This document shows, piece by piece, positions 1-12,699 of a stretch of DNA of 64,000 nucleotides; the stretch's first letter is position 1, and the number at the start of each line of letters is the position of its first letter. The notes under the pieces were generated by a model. That model worked only from the letters and a program-made list of their open reading frames with translations. It did no database searches and had not been told where the DNA came from. The stretch lies in the NCBI GenBank assembly GCA_028023455.1, contig JAQFVV010000010.1, positions 6,758,001 to 6,822,000 on the forward strand, in the 5' to 3' direction. Position numbers and translations under genes: made by a program. The stretch is from Epiperipatus broadwayi. Lineage: Eukaryota; Animalia; Onychophora.

Positions 1-269
1 GCAAAGATTGAATAAAATCTAACATAAACTGAAAAAAATTAAATATATTAGGATTGGATAAAGGTAAAGACTAACTTGAACATTGAAATTATTGAACTGA
101 CAAAGACAATGTTGTATGCATGAAATAGAAAAGAAAATAGATTTGAAAACTGAAAAATTGGTTATTAGGTTTCTTTGGATTTATTGGCTCTGATATTCCT
201 GCCTTTAATAAAAGAGAAGCCATGTTTCATTGCATCGAAGTGTAGGATTGAGATTTTCTCAATTATGGA

Positions 270-650
270 AAAATGTCATATTTGTGAATAATAATTTTAT
301 ACATTTGCAGTTATGACATTTTTACTATTTATATTACAGCAAGGGAAGATGATGCAGTTTATTCGGCTTTTTATGTTCACCAAAACAGTACAGGCCATAT
401 ATGTAATCCAAAGGATTTTACAATTTTAATGCATGAAACATACAATAAAAATGCAAGATTAAAGAATCATATCTTATACAAAATTCATCTTGTGCTATGA
501 ATTCAAAATTAACCAGTTTTCCGATTAGTTGTTCCTGGCCAATGCAATGAAATGTTGAATTTATCGCTTAGAAGAAAATACGAGTTTTTTTTTTTTTTTT
601 ACTGTCTTGATAAGGACTCGTAGGAGTTGAAAGCACTTGGCAATAGTTAT
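270..650 (+). mobile_element. Degenerate Penelope-like element 3' end (GIY-YIG tail plus pLTR)
   Basis: A frame at about 340-530 reads YSAFYVHQNSTGHICNPKDFTILMHETYNKNARLKNHILY, like PLE endonuclease C-termini (SA..EH...TGH......IL..E); a minimal HHR follows. Confidence 0.5.
601..648 (+). ncRNA. Minimal type I hammerhead, U3:A8 core variant
   Basis: ACTGTC-TTGATAA-G-GACTC gtag GAGTT-GAAA-GCAC-TT-GGCAATAGT: stem II, GAAA, near-palindromic stem III (AAGCACTT), short stem I. Confidence 0.55.
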
Positions 651-884
651 TTTATTTATATTAATGATTCTCTGTTTTAACAATTGATGAATTGTTACAT
701 TGTATTTTACTATTTATAAAATTTACAACAGTATCTTCTTATTTCACACTATTATCAATAAAAAAATTCCAATTTTATTACTATGTTGAGTGACTGCTAT
801 ATGACTTATAATTAAATATAAAAACTTTTAAATATTTTTTAAAGTACATATAAAACAATATTTTAGAGACAGAATAATATTTAC

Positions 885-1008
885 CTGTAGGTAAAGAAAT
901 ATTAAGTTTTTCATCAGGAGTGTTTCTTCCAGTACCTTTAACACTATTAAATTTGTTGCTTATAGTAGAATCTGCTTCCTTAATTTCTTTTATTTTGCCT
1001 AGTGCCAC
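885..1008 (-). CDS. PARP gene exon, catalytic domain (last in window)
   Basis: Acceptor ttatgtttag, donor G|gtaaat; 124 nt; VALGKIKEIKEADSTISNKFNSVKGTGRNTPDEKLNISLPT continues the EVALG...SVKG.G...PD motif. The exon with the catalytic Glu must lie left of position 1. Confidence 0.93.
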
Positions 1009-1862
1009 CTAAACATAAATGAAATGAGCACAAATTAATTTTGAAATAAAAAATATTTTTTAATATTTACATCATGCAATATTCTTTAGTTTGGGTAACA
1101 AAAATAAATCTGATTTTGTTTGCCAATATAGCAGTTTCTAAGATTTTAAACAACTTGATTTTTTTGCATAAGTCAAAAAAAATTATCAATTTTTATTGCT
1201 ATATTATTTTACTCTTTAATGATCATATTTACAAAGGTTTCTGTATTGAAAATATTTTTATAAAATGTATTTTATTTAAAAAAATCATATTTCCAAAAGT
1301 ACTTTTTTTTAAAGTGTCATAGCATCGGCTGGGATGCGAATCCGCAACTTGGGCAATGTCATGTAATTAACAGTTTTGAAATTAATAAACTTTATTCAGT
1401 TTTGATTGGTATAATAAAGAAACATTTACTGAAAATAAATGAATATTTTCCCTTTTTAAATATTAAGTTTATTATTCAACTTTGAAGAGTATGATGTATT
1501 TAAAATATTTTTGGAAACTGTGCATATATTAGATATTTGTGTGTGTAAGTACAGACTTATATATTTTAAATATGACAAGAATTGCGCTTGTTATTAATAA
1601 GGCAAGTAGTATTTTGAAAGAAATCTATAGGGAAGAACAAAAATTTATAATCTAAAGAATTTATTAATTTTTTTATATAACTATAAACACTTTTATTTCA
1701 ATATATAGTACTATTTTTATTATATTTGTTTATTTTAAAATGGTAAGTCTACTCACAATTTTCCAATAATAGTACTTGAGAATAAAAAATTTAATTTGAA
1801 AGTTTATATTATACTGTAATAATGACAAATTTGTACTTGCAACTTTTTATTTCCAAAATATT

Positions 1863-2232
1863 ATATAGAGTATATGAGCACAGACTTTCACACGATCCAC
1901 CACTCTATCTCATAACACTGATATACTTGAACACATATATGATGAAAAGATAAATAATCACCAATATATGTATTTCATACTAAACCAGCAATCATCAGTT
2001 GGTCCAGATTATCATCTCTACACATATATTAAGATAGCCAATCTTCATACTTTAATGGACAGGCTTCAATCCACTCCAACTCTTCAACAGTCCATCCAAT
2101 TGAAAATCTGATGATGGAATGCTCAAAGGCCATCCTGAGGCTGAGATTCTCGTCACACCCATGTTGACCTAAAGTCAATCTGACCCCTCATGTACAGGAC
2201 GTAATACATATACAAGGGATGGGCAGACATAT
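1863..2232 (-). mobile_element. HHR family 2 retrozyme/pLTR-like element, partial unit
   Basis: Reverse complement of 24630-25030; contains the HHR at 1949-2013. Confidence 0.8.
1949..2013 (-). ncRNA. Type I hammerhead (family 2)
   Basis: GATAATC-TGG-ACCAA CTGATGA TTGCT ggttt AGTAT GAAA TACATA T A TTGGT GATTAT; stem I ACCAA/TTGGT with bulged extension; base of stem II mismatched. Confidence 0.75.
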
Positions 2233-4491
2233 TTCCAAAATATATACCTTTTTTTTTTTTTAGTAAAAAGAAGGACTACACAACAGATTATAAAAGAAAT
2301 ATTTTGTAAGTAAGCATAATAAAATAAACATCTGGAAATATCATAAAAATAAATTTATTTATTTAATTAAAGAATAGAAAAAGAAAAAAAATCATTGCAA
2401 TTGTTAAAAAATGTTTGTTATATATAAAGATTATTGTATGTCCATACTATCCGGGAGGCAGTAGCCACACCCCAAAATTGACAAGAAAATGTTAAGTAAT
2501 ATCTTCTTTTTTTTTTTTAATGAAAATAATAAAATTTATTGATTGAATAGCATTTGTTTTATTTTTTTTTATAATGAAAATGATATAATGTATTTAGAAA
2601 ACAATGTTTAGTGAGCAAAAAAAGACTGAAAAGCATTCAAGAAAAAATTAAATTATGACAAGAGTAAATGAAGTGATGATTCAAAAATAAATATTTACAT
2701 TAACTATGATCAATGTAAATATTAAAAAAAAAATTACACTTCAATGAGGGCAAACAATTTCACAAATTGGGAAAAAATGAATATGTATGGCAAATTGATT
2801 TCAAATAATAGATACACTATAAATTTCGTTTTTTCACCATTGTGACAGTTATCATCTAATCACAAACGTTGATGACTGATAGGTCTATACTAATTTAAGC
2901 ATTAGAAAATTGCATCATTCAGCTGTTTCTTGGCTTGAGATCAAGTATAAAACTTTAATGAAAATGACAGCCACTTCTTATAAAACGTTTACAAATATTT
3001 CTAATTCTTATGTGTTAAAAAATTTCTCAACAAGTTATGATTCAAGATTTCCTATTGTATACCTGAATGAAATCATTTGTAATATTATTTTGAACTAGAG
3101 GTTGCTAATAAGTTAGAATTATAATAAATGATGCCTTTTTTGAAATGTATAGATTTGATTTTGGCTTGATTGTTAAAACATTTATCTTCATGGTTTAACT
3201 GCACATAATTTTTGACAAAAATGTTGATATATGGTCAAAATAAAATACAGTGAGCAGTGAATTATGCTATATTATACTCCAAGCCCTTCTTGTGTTCAAA
3301 CGTATATAAAATATAATAGTTTACATTTTGTTAATAGACATTGATTAGAATAGAAAATGTATTGTTTATTAAACTACTAATGTATGGTACTTTGCAACAC
3401 CCACACACACACATTTACATAACACAGACAATTTTTATATGTATAGTATACATATAAATAAGATTATGGTATAAATAAATTTTAAAAATAATAACAAAAC
3501 AGTTAATAATAAATTGAGGGAACACATTTGCATATATTTTACTGAGTGTGCATTGATTCACGTATTCACAGAAGCAATAAGAAAGAAACTAATTATCTAT
3601 TTTTATTTTTAAAATAAAAGTAAACAGTGAAATATCAGACTTTCAACACTATCGCTATTAAATATGCTCTGAACAATTTTTTTTTTCGTCAATAACTTTT
3701 TCTGTTATAGAAATATAATAGTAGTCTTATAATTAAGAAATTGGGATTTCTCTAATTATTTTGATATTTTTAAATCTCTATCAACCTTTAGTATTATCTA
3801 AAATTTTATAAAACTTAGCATAATTCTCAAAAAATATTTTATTATGCAAAATACAATACCTCAATAAAGGAAGAATAAAATGTATGTGTTTTCAATATAA
3901 ACGGAACAAATTTTACAAATATATATTATCATATACTGCACTCGGAGAAAAATAAATGGCTGACAAATATCATAAAATTTGCAAATTTTAATGATTTTTT
4001 TTTTGTTTATATTTTTCTTTGGATAGCATATAACTGAAGTGATGTAGTTAGATACAGTGTATTTTGTGGTTCCACTGTAAATAGACCAATCAGATAAATA
4101 GACATTAAATATTTGAAATTGGCAGATATCTTTTAAAGTTTAATTAATTAAGGAAGAAATGTTAATATATGCCACTATGTAAAATTTTGTAAAATTTGAA
4201 GAATGTTTTGTTTTGGAAATCATTTGTACTAATACAAAGTAAAAAAAAAAAAGTCACATAATTCTTCATATCTGGAAATATTAAAATTTAAATAGAATCA
4301 GGTTTGTTTTCTAAATAAATTATATTAGTTTCATAAATATGTTTTCATATTGTTTGGGATTTTTTTTTTTTTCAAATTTATATTTTCATTAGGAAAAATA
4401 AAAATTGAAATTGATTGTTTCTCTTCTTCCTTACTCTTTTGATATGTAATCACCACAGACTATTGCTATATGTTACTTAATTTAGTACAAT

Positions 4492-4767
4492 GATTGTAAA
4501 AGAAAGATCAAGGAGGCGTTTTTATTATCAATGATAACAACGCGATCAATAGACACAACACGTGTTTTGCTATTTCAAGAAAATGGACAAATTAATTTAC
4601 ATACGCATTTGCATACATTATTATTTAGTAATATTACAGCAATGGTTTATAACCTATTTTGGCCATGAATATGAGGGAAAACCTCGAAAGTACTAGGCCT
4701 AGATTAATTTAATTGTTTTTGTTACTACTGACAGCTTCTTCTTCAGCGTGAAAGCGCTTATATATAC
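4492..4767 (+). mobile_element. Short 5'-truncated Penelope-like insertion
   Basis: Reads KRKIKEAFFIINDNNAINRHNTCFAISRKWTN* (PLE GIY-YIG terminus RKIKEA.YI....INR...W). CpGs retained. TTTAGTACAAT at 4481-4491 and 4768-4778 is a candidate TSD. Confidence 0.7.
4661..4700 (+). ncRNA. Minimal type I hammerhead, A3:U8 core variant
   Basis: GGCC-ATGAATA-T-GAGG gaaaa CCTC-GAAA-GTAC-TA-GGCC; perfect stem II, palindromic stem III AGTACT, CUA triplet, located at a PLE 3' end. Confidence 0.7.
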
Positions 4768-5107
4768 TTTAGTACAATAGTAAAAGTAGCAGACTCAAGA
4801 ACTAAAGTAAAAAAAAAAGCAAAATCTGACTTTGTTCAATTGAATAGAACTTTGTGCTTAGCCCATTAATTTAATGTTTGAATGATTTGTGATTCTTTCC
4901 CCCAATAATTAACCACACTTTTTCTGCTCACTATATTTACTATAATGTTCAAATATGTATATACAAATTCTATGAAAAAATTACTTCAAAATACTTAAGG
5001 CAGAGAGAACAGATCCATGCTATTCTTTGAGACAACATATGTATAAACTTTATTTCTTATTTGTATAAAATGTATTAAAGAATTAATGTATATATATTAA
5101 AAAACAT

Positions 5108-5340
5108 ACAATTACTTCTCTATAGAGTTGCTTTAATATTTCAACCAGCAGATTGGTTTTCATCAGAAAGCACAGCAAAATGGCTTTTTCCAGAATTTAA
5201 CCTATAAAATATTACAAACAGTTACAAATTAGATAACAGTTAGCATTTAAATTCTGGAAATGGCCATTTTGCTGTGCTTTCTGATAAAAACCAGTCTGCT
5301 GGTTGAAATATTAAAGCAGCTTTATAGAGAACTAATTGTG
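5108..5340. mobile_element. Palindromic element with a minimal HHR in each arm (family 4)
   Basis: Arms of about 95 bp are reverse complements. Minus 5129-5173: TGCTTT CTGATGA A AACCA..TGGTT GAAA TATT AAAGCA. Plus 5274-5318 is the same with CTGATAA. Confidence 0.75.
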
Positions 5341-8010
5341 TGTTTTTTATGCTTTTATTTTTCCTTTAGTTAGTTTGTATATTTATTATTTTCATATATA
5401 TATATATATTGAAATGATACAGCCTAATATGATCAGGTTATCTTTCCAACTATTTCTCCAAGCTTTAAAATACATTTACATTTAAATAGAGAGAGAAATC
5501 CTTTTTTAAACATTCAACACTTAGTTAAAATAATTTTTATTTATAATATAAATTCACCCTTTTCCAATCTTAAAAAATTTAATTAATATATCTGTTTCAA
5601 TTAAATAATAGCTCATTTAAAAATAAATATTAAATCTGAATTATACTTTTAATTATTACTAAAGTATCAGTTATGTTTATGTATGTGCATTCTTATAAAT
5701 ATGAATATACACATTATTAAAATTCATTCAAAGAACAAATCCAAATATATTACTAAGATAATTCACAAACAAGAATCCTAAAGAATTACAGTATTTAAAT
5801 GAACTTGCAAACAATAATCACCTTTTGTTATATGATGGCAGTCTATTTTGTCAGATAAAAGATGATTATTAAAATATTAGACATTAATATAAAAGCATTT
5901 TTAAGTTTACTCTAAACTGAGACTTTAGTTGGCTACTATTTCAAAATGTAAAAATACTCAACATATAATCTGAGAGTAAAAAGGCATGAATAGATTAATA
6001 AAAATAAAATAATCTAATATATTATGAAAAATGGAAACTAAATTGAAATTATAAATAAATAATATTGCATTTCTAAATCAAAATGTATTTAAGAACGAAA
6101 ATAATGAACATGATTTAAACAAATAAAACAGTACTTTTTTTTAACTTGCTCAAAATCAAATCTGAAAAAAAGGTATTGCTATTTTAAATAATATATAAAA
6201 ATTGTGACAGATATAAGTGTATATTAAAATACAATAAGTAAAATAATAATATTTAAAAACAAACATATAATAATATTTCTTCATAACAGATAATGATTGG
6301 AAAACAAATATGTTTAAAACATTAAAGTAATATAATTCATTTAAAAAGCAAACTTTCTGATAGAAATTAAATTAATGGTAACAGTAAATAGAATTTAGTA
6401 TAATTATGTGCAAAAAATCTATAAGAAATAAAAATCCAAAAAGATATTTGTCTCCATGAAGTGATTAATATTAATAAATGCAAATCCATAAAGCAGACAA
6501 AAGAAATTACATTTGGCAAAAACATTCATTTAAATAAATTATAAGTAATGGATTGTCATTATCGATGAGAACAAATTGAATTAGAAAACAGACAAGAAAT
6601 ATAAAACATTTTAAATGCTCAAAGCAGTTAAAATTATTTACATTAATTACTAGAGATGTAAAATCATTCATTGTTTTTCCAAAGACATTCACATCATTTC
6701 ATGTACAATCTTTCCCATGGGTATTAGGTTTATTTTCAAAGTAATTTATTTTTACCCTCTCATTTTAAAGCTTTTTTTAATTATCATGTATTATAAAATT
6801 ATACTAATTACATATTTATTTTCTAAATAAATAATATTACTTTCATGTTTTCAAAAATATTTCATTGACTTTTTTTATTATTTTTCATTTCTGTGTGGAA
6901 AAAATGCAAGTTTGTTTTCCAATTATTGTTTGTTAAGAAAACATATTAAGTATGTATTTGTTTTAAGAATAAATATTAGTTATATTACATTGATCTCTTG
7001 GGGGAGGGGGGTTGTTTTCCATTTCTTTACTGGAAAAAAAAATCTTTTTTTTTATGTTAAAAAAATGCAGGCTTCTTTTTTTTTCTTTTTTAAATAGAAA
7101 AAAATCAAGTTATTGGGGTATTTATTTGTTAAATAATCGATATCGTTTTGTTAAATAAATAATTTTTATTTCAAAAGATACAATTTTCTATAAAGGTCAA
7201 CATCATTTGTTAGGACAGAAAGAAAAAGATAAAAGGCATGGTTTATTTTTAAGTCTCCACATAAACAACAAGAAAGAGAATAGCATTCACTGTCTAAAAA
7301 GTGGAATATTTAAATCAGTAATTTAAATAATTGATTTGCCATTTAAATGTGGACATTTTATTTTTTTAATGATTTTTTTTTTCTTTTCATCAGTGTTGAA
7401 TTGTATGGAACTCCATAGTTATTTTCAGTTTTTATTTTCTCTTCTTATGCTATTTGTATTAGATATGTAGTGCTGTTTTTAAACGTTGACTTAAGAAAAG
7501 ATTATTCAATGTTAATTTCTTTTTACGAAATAGTAATTGAAAGATCTATAAACTGAAATAGAGTTTGTATTAGTTTAAAAGTTAGTGGTAATATCATTTG
7601 AAAGTATATAAAAAAAAAGTTTTTACAAACAATCACTTTTTAAAATAATGCAGTTTTGAAAGAAATATTGCAAGACCGATTTTTAGCAGTTTTGAAAAAA
7701 AGATTGCCGGTAAAAAAAAAGTCATAAAAATTAACTTTTTAAAAAAAGAAAAAACACTTTTAGAGAAAAAAGAGAGATCGATTTTTAAAAGCAAATAATT
7801 TAAAAATACATAGATTTATCAGAGAGTGAAATACAATGTAACAGTTTTACGTGTGAAAGCAGATTTAAATAGTTGTGACTTCTAGATTAATCACACCTTC
7901 ACATCATACGCTATCGATCTTTTAAGAATGTGCATAGAAAACAACACTACCAAGCGAGTATCAATATCACTAATAAACGGCGCAATTTTTCTGTGCGTAG
8001 CATGGAGAAA

Positions 8011-8285
8011 CAGCGCCACGTAGTGGGCTAGATTGCTGGTAGCAGACGATATAAGCTAGATGTGTTTACCTATGGCTATCAGCGCCACCAAGTGGGAAAT
8101 AATTTGACAGTTGGTTGGCATAAGGTTCCTGTGCGTATGCATGGTGAACAGCGCCACCTAGTGGCTGGAACTTGCGCTTCTGCATTTGGGCTCCTACTGT
8201 GAATATTTCTGTGGTTGTCACAGAAATTTACCACTTGCAAGCTTTGGGCTGATTGTTGATGGTGGCGCAGCGCTGTCTACCGGCA
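8011..8285. promoter_or_regulatory. Cluster of CTCF-like motifs in CpG-retaining DNA
   Basis: CAGCGCCACGTAGTGG (8011), CAGCGCCACCAAGTGG (8080), CAGCGCCACCTAGTGG (8149), all in the same orientation; weaker matches at about 8255-8285. Canonical core is CCACTAGGTGGCGCTG. Confidence 0.7.
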
Positions 8286-10153
8286 GTAGTATGATCCCTC
8301 CGCAACTACCACATAAAATTTTAATATCTAATACTCGTATATGTATGGAGAACATGCATTTATTAATAAAATAATTGTAAATAAAATAATTTGATAAATA
8401 ATAATTAATTCATTCTTCTAACTTTTTGAATAAGTAAATTACATCAGATGCTGTGTACCATTATTATCAGTAAGACTATTTTCAAATTTTTTAAATGATA
8501 AATATTAATTTTTAAAATAGATATCGCTTGAAAGCTTATATTTGTAATTAATAATGTTAAGATTATCTATATAGCATATAGAAAAAAGATTTAATTGTAA
8601 AAATAAAATGTTCAAATATGGAAGAATATTAATCAATCAACTCACTAGGTTCCTTTCAAAATAGACAGGAAGGGTTTTCAGCTCAACGGATTATGTTTAA
8701 AAATATTTTGAATATATATGTCTTTTGTAAAATTAATGATGGTATACATGCTTGTATTAAGTATATATTATACATTAAATAATGATTTTCTTAAAATTGC
8801 CTTAGTCTTATTAGTTTTTACCAAGTGTTAATTTTTATAAGCATAAGTTTATTCTGAAGCATAGGGTTTGCTCAGAAACATAACAAAAAGTTAAAGACTA
8901 AGGATCTTAGCAAAGCAAGTAAGAGATAAATCACAACCTTAATTTTTTATATCATGCAGCAAATAAAAATGTTAGATCCTGATGAAATTATTTTTGAATA
9001 ATAAGTAAATGAGCATATGAATCATGCATAACATATATATATAGATACTACAAACTACGTTCTTAAAATTATAAAACTATCCAATCACCAGACAAACATT
9101 TATTCTCTAAATGAAATGGACCAAATATAGAAACTGAAATTATGATTGATTTTTAATTCATTAAATTTCTTCATATAAGTTACTATGATAATCAATGAGA
9201 ATACTATTCCTACAAACAAAACATATTAAAAGTGAAAACCCTTTCACTAAGATTATGATAGAGTTTTATGCAAGGGAATTGTTAACTGAACTATTTAAAT
9301 AAAGCTATAGTTCTAAATAATTATTTTAGATGTTCCTAGAGTTAATCTTTCTCTAGAATTAAAACCAAAAATATAATTTAGTCAGATACAGAAGTTTTGC
9401 CTAATTATAAAATTCCAGAATCAAATTAAAAACTTACTAAATCTAAAATGCCAATAATCAATCCAAATACTTAAAATGTTAACAATAATCATTACAATGC
9501 TATGATTCTCATGAAAATTAAGATTTTTAAATATAATAAAATATAAATAGTTGCCATGGCTTACCGGAATGAAATATTCCTGTAACTTACATACAATTTG
9601 CATTTGACAGCAATATTTAATCTATTTTGTTTATTACTCTATTTATGAGTCATTTATCTAAGCCAGAAGAATCAGATGGTAATACTAAACAATCAAATTA
9701 ATTTATGTATATTGGCAATTTGAATAAGAAGCCATATCTGAATAATAGCTATCCATTATAAATATGAAATCTATTAGTTTTAAAAAATGCTCAGACTTAC
9801 TTCCCCCCACCCCAAAAAAAAATTCTCAAGCACTTTTCTTTAATTAAATAATAAATGTTATCAGTGTCACTTGGCTATTATTTTAAAACTTAACTTTTTA
9901 AAAGAGAAATATTAATTCTTTGCTTTATCAAATGGTCAAAGATAATAAATTAAACTTCAATACAGAAACCTTTGTAACTCTCAAATCCATCACTCTACTA
10001 TTGTGAGAAACATTAATAAGTCAAAATATCATCAATGAAACTCAAGTATTGTCATATTCTCATAATTATCAAATAATCCCAATAAATGCCATTATACTTT
10101 TATTTGTTTTTATTAGGAAAATATTTTTATTAATTAATTAGTAATAGAACTTT

Positions 10154-11821
10154 GGTAATCAACTGAAATCCGGGCACAGCCGCCTGATGGCGTTGTTTAT
10201 GCATCAAAACACATAAAAATGCCGTTTCTGCAGCCGGCCTTACGGCTAATACAACATTTATATTGTATTAACCCATTGCAGGCCGTTTTTCATGACATTG
10301 CACAAGAATATTATGGCCCGTTTTATGCTTCTAAACTATTTACGCATATTTGTTCTATTCATAGCTGATTACCATATCGCTTGAGGGTGTTTGAATTTCA
10401 AGTCGGTACAACTTTTCAAATCTCCATAATAGAGTAATGTCATTTATATTTAAATAATGTTGTTAATTACTAATAATTGTCATATGGTCCCCACCCTTCC
10501 CTAAAAAAATGTTAACATGTAAAAAATTGGCAAAGGATATGTTCAAACATGCTTCGACAAAGCTCATGCCCTAAGTCACATTTCAGCGGAGAAAATATAC
10601 GAGACCAATAAAAGGTCTGAGAAGAACGTGCAATTTTTAAACTTTTCAGAATTGCTGAGTACAGAAAGTGAGGGAGACTGTGTCCTTTTTTCAGGCACGT
10701 AATGTCCTCCCAAATACCAGACTTTTTATTACAGCAATAAAATAATAAATAAGTTCAAAAAGTTCAAAGTTTGTGTACTTTTTTTTTTTTTTCATTTCAT
10801 TAGAAATTGACAAGTATTTGGATTATCTTTTTTGCAGTGGGGTTAAAATAAATGACTATTTTTGTTGACTTTTTGTTAATAATAACAAAGTATGAAACCC
10901 CCCAAAAAAGCAGTTTATTGTAGAAGGCAAAAAAAAAAGATAATTCAAACAAAATATAAATAAAAGTAAAAAGTGAGAAAAAGTTGTTGGAAAAAAAAAA
11001 GAAATTATTGATTTTTTATTATAATTATTTTTCCGAGTATGGGGGTGGGGGTTTGAAAATAATTTTTTACCCCCCAAAACACAAAAGTTACTTTTGATTT
11101 AATAAGAAGAAAAACAATTTGGTCAACCCAAAAAAAAAAAGGTTGAATAAATTCTACACAATTCCCAAATAATTGCATTATATTTTTTCAGCAAGATTAA
11201 AACAAGTGGGGTTCAAATAAATGACTATTTTTGTTTACTTTTTGTTAATAATAACAGTACAAAAGCCCCCCAAAAAGCTGTTTATTGTAGAAGCCAAAAA
11301 AAAAAAAAAAAAGTTAATTCAAACGAAATATAAATAAAAGTAAAAAATGAAAAAAAGTTGTTTAAAAAAAAGAAAAATTATTGACTTTTTGTTACAATTA
11401 TTTTGATTTAATAATAAGAAGAAAAACAATTTAGTCAATCAAAAAAAAAGGTAGAACAAAGTCGAAACAAGTCCTAAATAATTGTACTATTATATTTTTT
11501 CAGCGGGGTTAAAACAAGTTTTTTCGTTGTGAAACAGTCCAAAGTTTTAAAATTCAGAACAATAAACACAAAATTAAATTACTAAAATTTGTTGGATAAA
11601 GAAAAATGTCAGGTTAAAAAAAAAACAACAAAAATGAATATAAAAATTTGTTTAATAAAAAAGAAATCATGTTATAAATGAAATAAAAATTTGTTTAATC
11701 AAAAAAAAAAAATCATGTTCTATTAAAAAAAAGTTTCTGTGGCCTGGCAACGTTACATTTGATTGATTTTTGTATAGCATCAATGCCCCAAGCGGCCGTG
11801 CCCGAATTTCAGATGATTACC
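10154..11821. mobile_element. Non-autonomous Merlin-type DNA transposon
   Basis: TIRs GGTAATCAACTGAAATCCGGGCACAGCCGC / GCGGCCGTGCCCGAATTTCAGATGATTACC; 8-bp TSD AGAACTTT / ATAACTTT (1 mismatch); internal tandem duplication of about 370 bp (10840-11520). Confidence 0.8.
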
Positions 11822-12164
11822 ATAACTTTAAATATATATCAAATTATTTAAAAAATGAAAATTTTCAAGTTATTCATACAAAAAAAAAAAACTTAAATGA
11901 ATGTTTTTTAAAATCCACTCTAATCTTTTTTAATTAAGGGTTTATTAAGATTTTCCATTTTTGATACTTTTAACACCTCACTTTCACACATATTCTGTTT
12001 ATAAAAATAACAATCATTCTTATGTTTCAAACAAATAAATACAGACATAGGAAAATGTTATGCCATCGACGACTAAGATCCCTTCATTTTGGCCAATTCT
12101 AGAATGCCATATTTCAGCACAATGTTTGTTAAAATTTTATTAAGCACTAGTTTGATTTACTTAC

Positions 12165-12257
12165 TTCACAAAGTAACATAAATTGTGACTCTGTTTCGGC
12201 TGCTGATTCGTCACAATAACCTTCACTTTTAGTGAAAGCATCAGCTGTATAAATACC
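12165..12257 (-). CDS. PARP gene exon, catalytic domain with triad Tyr
   Basis: Acceptor (T)n cag, donor GAA|gtaagt; 93 nt; GIYTADAFTKSEGYCDESAAETESQFMLLCE (cf. GIYFAD..SKSANYC...LLL.EV). Too short for the ORF track. Confidence 0.95.
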
Positions 12258-12699
12258 CTGAAAAAAAAAAAAAATTAATCAAAAAAATGTTAACATTAAC
12301 AATTAAGATAGCTCAATTCTAGTACTCTACACTTATCAGTCTTAAACTTTGATCAATTTCTAATATTTAAATACAAGTATAATATATATACTTAAGCTAG
12401 ATGTAGTTAGAAAGGATTTGAACCCAGATTTTCAAACTCCTATCTAAAATCAATGCATGATAATTCAAATGGAAAAATGTACATTTATTTTAAAAATAAT
12501 TTTAAATAATGATAGATATCTACATTTTTTTTAATGGCAGTTCCCATATTTTTTAAAAATGTATACAAAGATTTTATATACATAAGAAAAATAGAATTGG
12601 AGAAGAAAATATACCCACATCATTTTATGGAGCATGCTATTACAATGATGTACATAGCTACTATTAGTTAAATGAATAATTATTTCAAATTATGTAGGT

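Noticed and set aside
2095-2165. CTGATGA...GGCC hairpin in the family 2 unit as a second hammerhead
   Set aside because: No GAAA or stem III in either copy (also 24710-24770); the real HHR is at 1949-2013.
4722-4762. CTGACAG...GAAAGCGCTTA as a second HHR in the PLE tail
   Set aside because: Core G8/A9 not matched and stem II is out of register.
8850-8895. CTGAAGC...GCTCA GAAACATAAC
   Set aside because: A9 missing, weak stems; cannot be distinguished from chance.
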